This document shows, piece by piece, positions 37,880 through 51,529 of a DNA stretch of 64,000 nt. Made by a program: the position numbers and the translations under genes. Source of the DNA: Chiloscyllium plagiosum (taxonomy: Eukaryota); NCBI RefSeq assembly GCF_004010195.1, contig NC_057720.1, forward strand, positions 27,341,899 to 27,405,898. Reading direction: 5' to 3'. The notes beneath the pieces were generated by a model that saw nothing but the letters and a program-made list of their open reading frames with translations, was not told the DNA's origin and did no database searches. How positions within the stretch are numbered: the stretch's first letter is position 1; every line of letters starts with the position of its first letter.

Positions 37880-40800
37880 ATAACCACCTCAATAAGTATA
37901 CCGTTTTGGATACTGCTGGTGGGGACAGCCATAGTTGTCAGGTCTCTGGCACTGAGCCTGGCACTGTGGCTCAGAAGGGAAGGGGGGAAAATAGAAAAGC
38001 ACTAGTGGTAGGGGACTCAATAGTTAGATGGATTGACAGGAGATTTTGTGGTTAGGAACAGGACCCCCGGAAGGTATGTTGCCTCCCTGGTGCCAGGGTC
38101 CGGGATATCGCCGATCGGATTTACAAGATTCTGAAGGGGGAGGGTGAGCAGCCAGAAATCGTGGTACATATTGGCACAAATGATATAGCCAGGAAAAGGA
38201 TTGAGGATCTGAAAAGTAACTGCAGAAAGTTAGGTTGGAAGCTGAAAAGCAGGACAAGTAGAGTAGTGATCTCAGGTTTGCTACTGGTGCCACGAGATAG
38301 TGAGATGAGGAACAATCAGCGAATGCAGCTTAACACGTGGCTGCGAGGCTGGTGCAGGAGTGAGGGCTTCAGATACCTGGACCATTGGGATGCCTTCTGG
38401 GGAAGGTGGGACCTGTACATGAAGGACGGGTTGCACCTGAACTGGAGGGGCACAGATGCCCTGGGTGGGAGATTTGCTCATGCGATTCGGGAGGGTTTAA
38501 GCTAGTTTGGCAGGGAGGTGGGAATCAGAGCCACATGTCTGAGAGGGGGTCAGTTGCAGGTGGGACAGTGACAGGATATATTCAATCAATCAGGAAGGTT
38601 TCTCATGCGTTGAAACAAAGGGATCGGTGAAAGTGTGTCTGCTTTAATGCAAGGAGTGTCTGGAATAAGAGTGACGAACTTAAAGCATGAATCAGTACTT
38701 GGGGCTACGATGTTGTGGCCATGACAGAGACGTGGGTTTCACAGGGGCAGGAATGGTTGCTTGACATTTAAAAAGAACAGGGAGGGTGGAAAATGAGGAG
38801 GCGGTGTAGCATTGCTAATCAGAGAGGGCATCACAGCTACAGAAATGAAGGTTATTGAGGAAGGTTTGTCTACTGAGTCAGTATGGGTGGAAGTTAGGAA
38901 CAGCAAGGGAACAGCCACCACATTGGGGGTTTTCTACAGACCACCTAATAGCAGTAGAGAGATTGATGATCTCATAGGCAGGCAGATTCTGGAAAAATGC
39001 AAAAGTAGCAGGGTTGTGGGGAAAAGGAAATTATGACGCTATCAGACAGGAGTTGGGAAGTACAGACTGGGAGCAATTGTTCCACAGAAAGGGCACAGCA
39101 GACATGTGGAGACTATTTAAGGAGCAGTTGTTGTGAGTGATGCACAAATTTGTTCCTCCGAGATGGGTAAGATTAAGGAACCTTGGATGACGAGAACAGA
39201 GAAATTTCTCGTCAAAAGGAAGAAGGCAGCTTATGTAAGGTGGAGGAAGCAAGAATCTAGTACAGCTTTAGAGGATTACAGGCTAGCTAGAAAGGAGCTC
39301 AGAATTGGTCTGAGGAGAGCCAGGAGGGGGCATGAAAAAGACTTGGCAATAAGGATTAGGGAGAACCCAAAGGCATTTTACTCATACGTGAGGAATAAGA
39401 GAATGATCAGGGAGAAGGGAGGGCCGATCAGGGATAGCATAGGGAACTTGTGCGTGGAGTCTGAGCAGATAGGGGAAACCCTAAATGAGTTTCTTGCTTT
39501 GGTTTTCACCATGGGAACTTGTTGTAAATGAAAACTTAGAGGAGCTGGGATACAGATCAAGACTGATGAAGTTGATGTGCTAGAAATTTTGGAAAACATT
39601 AAGACTGATAAGTCTCCAGGGCCAGACCAGATTTATCCAAGGCTGCTCCGGGAAGTGAGATAGGAGGTTGCTAAGCCACTGGCCAGGATGTTTGCCTCCT
39701 CACTCTCCACAGGAGTTGTACCGGAGGATTGGAAGGAGGCGAATGTTCCTCTTTTCAAGAAGGATAATAGGGAAATCCCTGGCAATTATAGACCAGTCAG
39801 TCTTACGTCTGTGGTCAGCAAAGTTTTGGACAGAATTCTGAGGGACAGGATTTATGACTATTTGGCAAAGCATAGTGTGATTAAAGGCAGTCAGCATAGC
39901 TTTGTGAGGGGCAGGTAATGCCTCACAAATCTTATTGAGTTCTTTGAGGAGGTGTCAAGACAGGTCGACGACGGTCGAGCAGTGGATGTGGTGTGTCTGG
40001 ACTTCAGTAAGGCATTTGATAGGGTTCCCCATGGTAGGCTCATTCATAAAGTCAGGAAGTATGGGTTACAGGGAGATTTCTCTCTCTGGATTCAGAATTG
40101 GCTGGCTGACGGAAGGCAGAGAGTGGTTGTAGATGGGAAGTATTCTGCCTGGAGGTCAGTGTTGAGTGGGGTCCTGCAGGGTACTGTTCTTGGGCCTCTG
40201 CTCTGTGTAGTTTTTATAAATGACTTGGATGAGGAGGTTGAGGGGTGGGTTAGTAAATTTGCAGATGACGCTAAGGTTGGAGGTGCCGTCGATAGTATAG
40301 AGGGCTACTGCAGGCTGCAGCGCAACATAGACAGAATGCAGAGCTGGGCTGAGAAATGGCAGATGGAGTTCAACCTGGATAAATGCAAAGTGATACATTT
40401 TAGAGGGTTGAACTTGAATGCTGAATATAGGATTAAAGACAGGATTCTTGGCAGAATGGAGGAACAGAGGGATCTGGATCCCTCAAAGTTGCCACCCAAG
40501 TGGATAGGATTGGTAAGAAAGCATATGGTGTTTTGGCTTTCATTAAAGGGGGATCGAGTTTAAGAGCCACGAGGTTTTGCTGCAGCTCTACAAGTCCCTG
40601 GTGAGACCACACTTGGAATATTGTGTCCAGTTCTGGTCACCCTACTATAGGAAAGATACAGAGGCTTTGGAGAGGGTGCAAAGAAGGTTTACCAGGATGA
40701 TGCCTGAACTGGAGGCTTGCCTTATGAAGAAAGGTTGAATAAGCTCAGACTTTTCTCTCTGCAGAGAAGGAGGAAGAGAAGAGACCTGATCGAGGTGTAC

Positions 40801-41153
40801 AAGATAATGAGAAGAATAGATAGAATCAATAGCCAGAGACTTTTCCCCAGGGCAAGATTGACTGGTATGAGAAGTCATAGTTTGAAGATATTAGGAGGAA
40901 GGTATAAAGGAGACATCAGAGGTAAGGTTCTTTACGCAGAGAGTTGTGAATGCATGGAATGCATTGCCAGCTGTGGTGGTGGAAGCAGAGTCATTGGGGA
41001 CATTTCAGTGACTGCTGGACATGCACATGGATAGCAGAGAGTTGAGGGGTGCATGGGTTAAGTTACTATATTTGACATTAGGATTAAACCTCAGCACAAC
41101 ATCGTGGGTCAAAGGGTCTGTTCTGTGCTGTACTTTTCTATGTTCTATGTTCT
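37880..41153 (+). mobile_element. CR1 LINE, ORF1 esterase plus disrupted ORF2
   Basis: VHIGTND..DGLHLN; FYRPP; LDFSKAFD; FADDAK; (tatgttc)n tail. Confidence 0.95.
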
Positions 41154-41192
41154 AGATCAGCAGCCTCACTACATCATTGTGCCTGATTTTGG

Positions 41193-42157
41193 ACTAGTTT
41201 GCAGACCACTTTAGCCCTTCAGCATTTTGGACTTGTATGCTTTTGACAGGTCACTTTGTGTGCATGACAGTGCACATCTCATGCATGTACAGAGGATGAC
41301 TCTTATGGCTCTTCTAACTCACTTTCCTAGCATTCGTTAATTTTGCACTTAGTTGGTGATTGTCAGTTTCTCTGTCTTGCATTGCATTTCAGTGCATAGG
41401 ATCTTCAATGCTCAACTTCAGGCTGCTGGCCTTGATGTCTTGCATTGGTTGTTAGTACAGAGGGAAAGGCAGAACAATCAAGCGGGTGGACATTTGGTGT
41501 GTGGCACTGTGCTAAGTCAATGTCCCACATGCAGAATGTGTCAGCAGCTTACATAGCAAACACACTATATGTGTTTTAAGCAAATGCCTTTCCCTCTGCA
41601 CTAACAACCAATGCAAGACACCAAGGCCAGCAGCCTGAAATTGAGTATCGAAGATGCAATGCAAAACAGAGAAACTGACAGTCTCCAAGTGCAAAATTAA
41701 TGAATGCTAGGAAAGTGAGTTAGAAGAGCTATAAGAGTCATCCTCTGTACATGCATGCGATTAGATTAGATTACCTACAGTGTGGAAACAGGCCCTTTGG
41801 CCCAACAAGTCCACACCGACCGTCTGAAGAGTAACCCACCCATCCCATACTCTACATTTACTAACGTAGCTAACACTATGGGCAATTTAGCATTGCCGAT
41901 TCACTTCACCTGCACATCTTTCAGATTGTGGAAAGAAACCGGAGCACCCAGAGGAAACCCACGTAGACAGTGGGAGAATGTGCAAACTCCACATATACAG
42001 TTGTCCGAGGCGGGAATCTAACCCGGGTCTCTGGCGCTGTGAGGCAGCAGTGCTAACCACTGAACCACCACGCATTGTCATGTGCACAAAGTGACCTGGC
42101 AAAATCATACAAGTCCAAAGTAAAGTGTTGAAGGGCTAAAGTGGTGTGCAAACTGGT
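41193..42157. repeat. Long inverted repeat (~280-bp arms, ~110-bp spacer)
   Basis: 41193-41471 is the reverse complement of 41585-42157 once the SINE is removed. Confidence 0.9.
41761..42069 (-). mobile_element. HE1 SINE in right arm of the inverted repeat
   Basis: Same family as 20687-20980. Confidence 0.9.
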
Positions 42158-43216
42158 GTGCAAGTGAAGAGGGAGCAGTCAGTTGTGGGCAAGGGCATTG
42201 CAGTCACTTCGGGTGGCACCATGGCCAGGCAGGCATAGAGGTCTTTGTTTTTCTTCCAGGGACTGGGCCTCCATAGTTCAAATCAAACTTGCCAGGAGAT
42301 GACCGGTATTTTATTTGGGATGTTTTACAGACATTATCTAGGAGGTGGGGATGGTACTTTATCTGCAATGAGACAAAGGGAGGGATTGAGTATGATGGAA
42401 TTGGATGGAATAGCAATTAGTACTGATGCATGAACAGTAGAGATGGTGAGGTATTGCCAGTAAGTGAATAGAAAGCATCGAAGGCAGAAAGATTAAGTAG
42501 GAGAAAGTGAGGACTGCAGATGCTGGAGATCAGAGTCAAAGAATGTGGTACTGGAAAAGCACAGCCTGTCAGGCAGCATTTGAGGAACAGGAGAATCGAC
42601 ATTTCAGGCATAAGCCCTACATCAGGAAGATTGAGTAGTTTGGGAGGATGAGATTGTTGAGAGGACACAATGCACGCAGTCGTGAGAGTTGTTGTCCATG
42701 AGCCTGGGTGAAGTTTTGTGGAGTTGCAGAGTTGGAGTGAGTTGAGGCTCTGTGAGTGTGTGGTGGTATGGAGAAAATGGTAAAACTTAACACAGTGGAA
42801 CATGGAAGATCATTGATTATTTCCCTATATTGCTGAGTGTTCCTTTTAGTCTGGGTCACAGCACTGACTGGGGAAGCTATCTGGTTCCAAGCTATCTGTG
42901 TCTGGCGGTGTGGCTGCTTGCCATATTCATCAGAAAAAGGACTGCCCTTACCCTATTGCCTCATCGTCCAGCACCTCCAGGTGAGTCGTGAGCTTTCCTT
43001 TCTGGAAAGTCCTTAGTGATGATGGTTGCCCTCCACTGAAGAAGCAATTTTTGGCTTGTATCTGAAATGGTGTGCAACTGGGCTTCAAATATGACACTGG
43101 GAGCAAGAGTGCTGCGAAGTCCTAGCAGTAGCAAGCATTTCCACAGTGTCCCAAGATGCCATGAGAAATACACTGAATGACTACTGGACATTTTTGAATT
43201 GAGACACAAATCCACT

Positions 43217-43332
43217 CTTTGTTAGGGACAGGGCTGTCTTGGGTGAGAACCAGTGACATACATGTACAGCAACTTTGTTAGGAACAGGGCTGTCTTGGGT
43301 GGGAACCAGTGACATACATGTACAGCAACTTT
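43217..43332. repeat. 56-bp tandem duplication
   Basis: ctttgttagg...tacagcaa twice. Confidence 0.9.
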
Positions 43333-43489
43333 CTGGGGGTAAAAGAAAATGTGGAAAGATGCTGTCTGCAGTTGCATAACAATATTATCTCCTGCTTGTC
43401 GACCATAGTGAGAAAAATGACAGTGATATGATGGGGCACGATATCTCCTGGGCCAGGGCAGGACTCTGGATCCACAGCAACATCCCTTT

Positions 43490-43830
43490 AAATTTCTATC
43501 TTTAAATCACCACTGGTTTTGAACTCCTTGTGACGTGTCAAGCTCCCAGTATATCAGTATAAATACCTGGAAGAGGCTCCTGGCTGCAGGCTTTTACTTT
43601 TCCAAGGGTACATTCATTTGGCTGAAAGCCCAGAATCTCATAAAAAGATTATATGGGTGCATTTGTTGACACAGGTGCAGGGAAGATTGATGGCTTTATT
43701 ATGTTATAAGCATTGTATTTTTGTGTTCTGTATTGTCAATGGCTGAGTGTTTATTTTCGCAAGATAAAGAGGTATCATGAGCTTATAACTTCTGATGTTG
43801 GTAATTTAAAAATTTGGTTGATTATTGTTG
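43490..43830 (+). pseudogene. PB2: Influenza-like PB2 cap-binding-domain fragment
   Basis: FYL*ITTG ~ FTFKRTSG; KKIIWV ~ RRLIQL; LFSQD (FSQD at 43754) ~ VFSQE/FSQD. Confidence 0.55.
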
Positions 43831-43839
43831 TAAATGTTT

Positions 43840-44700
43840 TTAAAGAGATGCAAGGTTAGATGGGAAAATATGTTGTGAAGAAGACATACGGATATAGATA
43901 AGTGGATATAGATAAGTTGAGAGTGTGGACACATCTGGCAGATGGAGCATAATATGGGAACATGTAAAGATACTTACTTTGTCAAGAAGAAGAATAAAGC
44001 AGAATTTTACTTAAACAGAAAATGACTGCGGAATTCTGAAGTGTGGAGGGATCTGAGTGTCACAAGTTAGTGTTTAAGTACAATATGTAATCAAGAAGGC
44101 TAATGTTCTTTCTTTGAAAAGGAGAATAAAATATAGAATGTTATACTTCAATTATATAGGGCTTGGTGAGAATATATCCTCATTAATCTGTGCTGTTTTG
44201 ATCTATTTATTTAAGAAAGAATGTAAATACATTGGAGGTAATTGAGATTGTGACCTGGAATGAGTGGGTTGTCCTATGAGGATAATTTAGACAAATGGGG
44301 CTTGTTTCCACCGATGTTTAGAAGTATGAAATGTGACTTGATTGAAATATATTAGACCCTGAGTGGTGTTGACTCAGGATGCTTTCTGTTGTGGGTGAGT
44401 CCAGAAGTTTGGTGGGGGGGGAGCACTGTTATAATTGAGGATCACCTTTTTAGGACCAAGATGAGAAGAATTTTTTGTTTCTGAGGGTTGTGCAAGTTTG
44501 GCCTCACAAGGTTATAGAGATGGGATCATTGAATAGTTTTAAGGCAGGTTACATACATTCTTGTTGGACAAGGGATGAAAGTTTCTTGGGACATAGATGA
44601 GAATGTAGAATTAAAAACACGAACAGATGAGCCACAGTCTTATTGAATGGTAGGCAGACTGAGAGGCCAAATGGCTTACTTTGGTTCGAACTTCGTATGT
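43840..44700 (+). mobile_element. Old CR1 3' portion
   Basis: Decayed RT C-terminus and 3' UTR. Confidence 0.75.
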
Positions 44701-45829
44701 CATTTCTATGCCACTACATCCTTTTTCCTTAAGTTTGAGGTTTTTTTTGTTAAACACAGATGGTGGCTCCTTCCCTCAGAAATTTTCTTTTTTGTCAGAA
44801 TTTATCTGTTTTGTATATTTTGAAATATCCTCACAAGTGTCTGTCAGAGCATTTGTATTGTCCTATCCCTTCACCCAATTTGCTAGCTCACTTTAGTTAT
44901 CTCTATTTTTATGCCTTCTTAATTAACCTTGCTGAAGTTTAAAATACTAGTCTTGTACCCATCCATAAAAATCTGAAAGAACTGTGGATGCTGAAAAACA
45001 GAAACAAAAACTGAAATTGCTGGAAATACTCAACAGGTCTGACAATATCTGAGAAAAAAATCAGAGTTAATGTTTCAGGTCCAATGACCTCCTTCAGAAC
45101 TTCCATTTTGAATAAGCCGGAGAGTGAAGTGGAATTGGGGGGGTGCAAGGCAGCTCTGAGCATGCTTGAGGCATTGCTTATGGAGAGAGAGATTGAGAGT
45201 GTGCATATGGCAATGCAAGACTGAGTGTCGATCCTTGGATGATATGAGAATAGCTGAACAGCTGTCAGGGGAACATTGAACATCATGGAGATACCTGTGA
45301 CCCTGGATGGATTCAAATTAGTTAGAATCCATTTGGGATGATTTTGAGCAAGAAGCAGTCACAAAGGAATGTGATGTCGCTGTGGAAAACAGTTATGGCA
45401 AACACCAGGAATGAGAGTGAAAATAATGATAGTGAACAAGAAATAAGATTGGAATGGAAATCCTGTCTGAAAGAGGAGCAGAACTACTTCAAAGGTGGGC
45501 ATTGCTGGAAGAGATGCGGCAAAAGAACTGCGATACTGGAAATCAGAAACAAACCAGAAATTGCTGGAAAAAATCAGTAGGTCTGGCAGAACTCTGAAGA
45601 AAGATCCGAAACGTTAATTCTGATTTTCTCTCCACAGATGCTGCCAAACCTGCTGAATTTTCCCACTAATTTCTGTTCCGAGTCTTGTACCCACTCCTGT
45701 TTCTTCTTCAAATTGAATGTGAAATTCTGTCATATTATGATTACTGCTCCCTATTGGCACCATCACAAAGAAGTCATTAAGTAATCCTATCTCATTGCAC
45801 AATAGTAAAATAGCTTTAAACCAACTAAT

Positions 45830-47440
45830 TCCTTGGAAATTAGTAACTGCCAGATGTAGGTGGATCATGTGGAAGGATTGAATATAGGTAAACATACTAT
45901 AGACTTTAGGAAGAAAACTTTATCACACAAGCCCCACCATAAATTTTGCACAGATATCAAAAATTGTGTAGAAGTAAATAATTGAGCAATTGAGAACATT
46001 TGTAAAGATTCCCTAAGCTGGATCAAAGCAGGCTCTGTTCCAATTCTTCCAGAATACTCTAAATTCTAATTGTTTTGTTTTAAAGAGAAAACATTTAAAC
46101 TGGTCACACTGCCTAAGATTATGCAGTCATATAAAAAAGATGTGAATGTTCACCTTGTCTTAAATTAAATGCTAAAATGGAAGCACCAAGAAAAATTCTA
46201 AAATGGTAATTGTCGGTTGGGCCATTCAGACCATCAATCCACACTCAATTGTCTCATTATTAGTGAGTGTTATTTCAACAAAGGATAGTCTTTTATCATC
46301 ATGAACTGTCATGGAAGCTGTGATATGAGTTACCTTACAGGTTACAGCTTTTGTGATCATGATGTAAAATCCAGAACTAAAGCCTTATTGACCTAAAAAG
46401 CGTAGTCTTTGAAGAGATTAATGGCTCGGAAAGCTCACCTGGAATAATTGTAAGAACCATTGATTTTCCAACAGCTATAAAGATGGATGCTGCCTTGAAA
46501 CCACACATCAGTAAATGATTCTTCACAGGGATTTGTAAAGTGTCATTAGAAGAATATTAGACCCTGGAACATAAAGATGGTTAAGAATTAGAACTTCTGC
46601 TGAGTTGTTCAAAATGACATTTGTCAGGAGTATTTAATGAAGAAACTCACGTCCTGTTGACATTAATGAAGAATCAGTCATCCAGATAAAGAAAAACATG
46701 ACAATTCTGCAATTTGAGATGGGTTTCAACCATTGATCAGCATCATCGATAGCAAGAACCAGTTGAAATTTGCTTTTTCTCATGTAATGCTGCAAGCCAT
46801 TCTTTTTCTAACAAAGTAGGTTAACTTCATTTTTCACTTACCAACTTCAAAACCAAGGCGCCTGAAGGCAATTGTGGTTGTACAACTGTCTTCCAAGGTG
46901 AGGTAAACGAGGCTAGCACTACTTAGTTTATGTGGTTCTCAACTGGAAAGTATATTCACTCGTCAAAGGAGTCAAAGAGAAGATTTTATTTACCTTCATT
47001 TTAATAATGTAATTACTTTGTTGGCATACAGAGGTTGGATATCCTATATCTGCATGTCCAAAAACAAAAAAAGACCTTAAAACTGAAGGTTTTTTTGAAA
47101 GCATCCTCACCGAACAGGTAGACCCAAATAGATCCGAATGGATGCAAAAACCAAAAATTCAACATCCAGGTCTGTTTTCAAGAGGAAAGTTAGAGATAAA
47201 ACTTCACCTCTCTATGGCTTAGAAAGTGATCAGTGCCTACAAGACATCATACAAGTCAATGTTTTCAGCAGTGGAAGTTGACAAAAGTTGTTTGAAAACA
47301 GGGGTAATCTATAGGTAGGCTATATCCGAAAATCAAAATTATCTAGCTTCTGAAAAGCAGTTGGTCCCGAGGTTTCCGGATGAAAGATACCCGACCTATA
47401 TAAAACAAACAGTGTTGGTGTTTGCTCTGACACTATATAT
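45830..47440 (+). pseudogene. PB2: Influenza-like PB2 EVE (~aa 275-670), split by a Tigger MITE
   Basis: AIENICK ~ AVDICK; FCFKEKTFK (46073) ~ FSFGGFTFK; KVSLEEY*TLE (46537) ~ KMGVDEYSSTE; FEMG ~ flu B WEMG; IIDSKNQLKFAFS ~ IIRNWETVKIQWS; VKGVKEKIL (46962) ~ VRGSGMRIL. Confidence 0.85.
47029..47398. mobile_element. Tigger/pogo-type MITE
   Basis: Imperfect TIRs aggttggatatcc / gatacccgacct with TA flanks. Confidence 0.75.
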
Positions 47441-47459
47441 TGTTCCTAGCATCAAAATT

Positions 47460-48570
47460 ACATTTATGTTTTTTTCTGGACATCGGGATATTTTGGCATT
47501 TGAAAAAGCTTGTTTTTCTCGTTAAACGTTTTGAATTGAGCATATCACCCAGCAATAGTTGTTTTCTTCATTCAAAATTTTATCAGCATCTTCCCTGACA
47601 GAATTGTGAGTATACCTGTTTTAAACTACACAGATCAACAAATCTCAAATTCAGACTTTGCATATGATACAAATTGACCTTTACATTTAATTTAAATAAT
47701 TCTTTGGCAATCTGCTTGAAAGAAAAAATATCAATTACTGTAGAAGTTGCTTAAAGAGTGGAACATTTAAAGTATGGTTCAGTATACCACAAATTCATCA
47801 AGGATATGGGGTGTCTTGGCTCCCTAAAGAAATAAATCTTTTGTTTTAAGTCTTTATTTTCAAAGTGAAAATAGAGTTTTCTTAATAATATGGTTCAACT
47901 ATAATGTTCAACTACCACATTTGGATCCTAATTTCTGTAACCGATGTTCAGTGTTTTGATTTATTTTATTAAATTATTTTCTAAGTGATGAAACAGAAAT
48001 GATCCAATTTGCATCGACTGCAGAAGAAAAATGTAGATAATGTCACAAACATTATTTATACCTGCATTCCCCATTGACTGCATTTGCCTTTTTTAAAAGA
48101 TATTTCACCTGTTGGCCACGTTTCTTTCAGTGCTATATTGTCAGAGCCACAGCAGAGATCAGAATTTCAGCTTTGAAGAAAATAGGTCTATATTGGATTG
48201 TTAATTTGCCTGATAAATTGATTTATGAGTGTGCTGAACCTCTGGGTCATTACATAGTTTGCTCAGTCTCTTGCTGGCTGCAGTTTCTTCCAGTAATATC
48301 CTGTTGGGTTGCGCACTTCTAGTATCGTGTCACATTAACCACAACTCAGTCATGTAGATACACTGTAGAATTAGTGATCAGGCAAGTGTCAACAATGAGT
48401 AGGAGATATAAATTTTTCCAGACTGATCAATGTGTCTGAGTACTGTCCTTGAAAGTGGAATAATCCCATCTGAATTTGAAATAACTTTTGTAAAGCCATG
48501 TTTGAATGGCCGCATTGAGAAGAATGACATATACTTAAATACCTCTTTGAAGATAATTTAACTTGACATA
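47460..48570 (+). pseudogene. PA: Influenza-like PA C-terminal EVE (~aa 400-716)
   Basis: FEKACFSR*TF*IE (47499-47540) ~ FNKACELTDSSWIE; PHLDP-x7-V ~ PRLEP-x7-V; STMSRR ~ SAESRK; LESGIIPSEFEI (48448) ~ LRDNLEPGTFDL; ND..LNTS. Confidence 0.8.
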
Positions 48571-48719
48571 TGCCCAAATCCTGGGAAGCAATCTTTTGCA
48601 CTTTTCCCACATAGAATTATAGAGCTGTGGATTAAAAGAATGGCAACAGCACAGAACAGTGTCATTCAATTAGTCATTTCTGTGTTAGTCATGTCTAACA
48701 TCCCACATTGCAAGCTGTG

Positions 48720-48870
48720 TAGATGCAGATTTGCCTACAGGAGGCAGCAAGTGCAGGTGTCTGCATCCTTCATCATGTGAAAATACCTCTGATATTCCTT
48801 TCACTTTTGGTGGTTTCTATGCCTTTTGTACAACATCTCAACGTAAATTGCTCAGTGGCGCTGAAGACCC
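48720..48870 (+). pseudogene. Possible PB2-like fragment
   Basis: FTFGGFYAFCTTS ~ FSFGGFTFKRTS; single motif. Confidence 0.35.
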
Positions 48871-51529
48871 TGAATCCCTTTTCAGGCACTGCTTGATCAT
48901 CCACAACTTCTGCTTCCTTAATCCCAGGGCTCCGGTTCTGTTGGCACTGGACTGTCTTTCTTTCTTCTGTTCTCCCTCCTCCTCGGGTACAACAAAGCTT
49001 TGGGTTAAGTTGATAAACATCAGGTATGGAAGTCTGGATCTATGAACATATATTTGGAATAAGATGTTTCATTTCCTTTTGAGAACTTGCCATTGTCAAT
49101 CTACACTTTTGAGGCTTGGCAACTGCTCATGTCTTGCCCTGTAGCCACTGTTCAGTGGTGAGGTCCAGCCTCACGACACCATGACTGATATTTTTCTTCC
49201 TCTGACTTACACAAGATATTTTTAGCCTTGATCTTTAGACTAAAGGTGGCATTTAATTCAGTCTGACTCTTAGTGGATTTCATTATCCCATGATACTGCC
49301 CTATAACCTACAGCCTTCCACCCCAGATTCTTAACATTTAGATATAGGGCTGTGGGAAGGCTCCTGCATATCCAGCCCACCACCAGAATCACTACTGGGG
49401 AGTCTTGGACCTCCTGATTTTCTCAGAGTTAATGAGTCACAAGACAATGTTGGTGTGTTGGTGTAATGAATTGATCGGGAATGCTTGCATAGTGGTATTT
49501 TTTGGTTTCTGTTTTGACTCCCTCAGTCTTGGCTGTTGGCAATGTGCAGGAATGCAGATCTTGGCTCCTTCAGCTTGCACAATGGATTCTCTGCAAGCCA
49601 TTCTTTTGTGAGCCAATTTAGCAAAAACATGGTTCATTTGGCTTTTTCTTTCAATTCTTTCACCCTGTTCCCTCCCTGCCTAAATTACACTCTTTGCCCC
49701 CATCACTGTAGGTTCTAATTTGGCAGCAAACTTTTGAGTGTTTCCTCTGGCATCCCCTCTGATCTGCTTCAATATCTCCCTCTGACTGTTGGCTTCTTCA
49801 TTGTCTCCCTTGATACTCCTGCTCTTCCTTTAATCCAGCCATCCACATCTCCATGTTGAGCCTTAGGCTTATGCCATCCTTACTTAACCCACCTGCTCTT
49901 TCTCACTCACCAGCCTACCTAATTATCCCGTTCTGTTCCTTTTGCTAAATATGCACCTTACCACATGCTTCCTTGTTTCTGTTGTGCTCATCATTATGAC
50001 CCTCCCCTCTGCATCCCAATTTCCTCCCTCCATTCCTCAAGATCCTTCCAGTATCACCGCCAGCTGCATCTTTTAAGTTCCATGTTCTACCATTGCTTGC
50101 AGTATTTCCAACATTAGGTGCAGTCAAACGTTTGTATTCAGCCCTGTATGCCTGCTCTGGTCAGATTCTCTGGCATGAGTCAGTGTAACTGCCTCACTTG
50201 TGCAGATTAAATGGCCTCGGTGAGCTTCACCCTTCACACTGTTAAGTGTTCCTCAAAGAAATGCAAGGTGAGCTTGCAGACATAAGATTCTAAGTAACCA
50301 AAATACAAACTTGTCAGTTAAAGTTCACCTGACAACCAAGCTCCTAGAAATTCAACTACAGGTAATATCACAACCTTTTATGAACATCTTTGCTTAATAT
50401 GACCCTCACCTGACCAGCCCTACCTTCTTCCTGATCATACTCTTATTCCTCACGTATGAATAAAATGTCTTTGGGTTCTCCCTAATCCTTCCTGCCAAGC
50501 CTTTTTCGTGCCCCCTCCTGGCTCTCCTCAGTTCATTTCTGAGCTCCTTTCTAGTAAGCCTGTAATCCTCTAAAGATGTGCTAGATCCTTGATTCCTCCA
50601 CCTTACGTAAGCTGCCTTCTTCCTTTAGATGAGAAGCTCCTCGTCATTCAAGGCTCCTTAATCTTACCCCTTCTTGCCTGTCTCAGAGAAACAAATTTGT
50701 GCATCACTCCCAACAACTGCTCCTTAAATAACCTGATATTGTGTGATTTTTAACTTTGTCCACCCAGCCCAACACCGGCTCCTCCACATCATGACTTCCT
50801 TCATGCAAAATATACACATACACAAAAGTTCTGTTTATGAAATGTAGCTTCCCATATGTTTTTTTTCAACAACTTTCTGAACCTGTCTGCCTCTTCAATA
50901 ATTTGTGCACACACACTTCCAGGTCTCCCTGTTCTTGAACCCACTTTAGAATTGTGCCTTTTAATTTAAATGCATCTCTTTTTTTCTTCCTATTAAAATA
51001 TACCAGTTTAAATGTCATCACCATATATCTGCCCATTCCAGCATGTTATGAAGTCCTCTTGAAAACTATCAAACACTTCTTTACAGTACTCATTACTTTC
51101 AAGTTTTGTGTCACGTGTAAATTTTGAAGTTACATCCTGCACCAAGTATACGCGTTTAATATATATCATACAAAACCACAGTCCCAATACTGACCAATTG
51201 CTGGAGAACTGCATTATATAGCTTACTTCTGTGTGGGAAACACCTCTTCACCACCACCGCCCCTTTTTTGTCAGCTAACTTTGTCTCCATGTTTCCACGA
51301 ACCCTTTTTTTCCATGGGCTTCAATTTTGTTGGTAAGGCTATTATGTGGCACATTACCAAAAGCCTTTTGGAAGTCAATATAAATTGTATTAAACTCATC
51401 AAAATCAGTTAGTTAAAATAGGATTTGTCTTTAACAAATCCATGCTCGCTTTCCATAATCAATTCATAGTTGTTCAAATGACTGTTAACTTTGTCCGAGA
51501 TTATCATTTCTAAATGCTTTCTCCTGACT

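Noticed and set aside
46410..46435. EINGSES as PB2 EINGPES (~aa 538)
   Set aside because: Out of order with flanking matches; better aligned to ~aa 445-455
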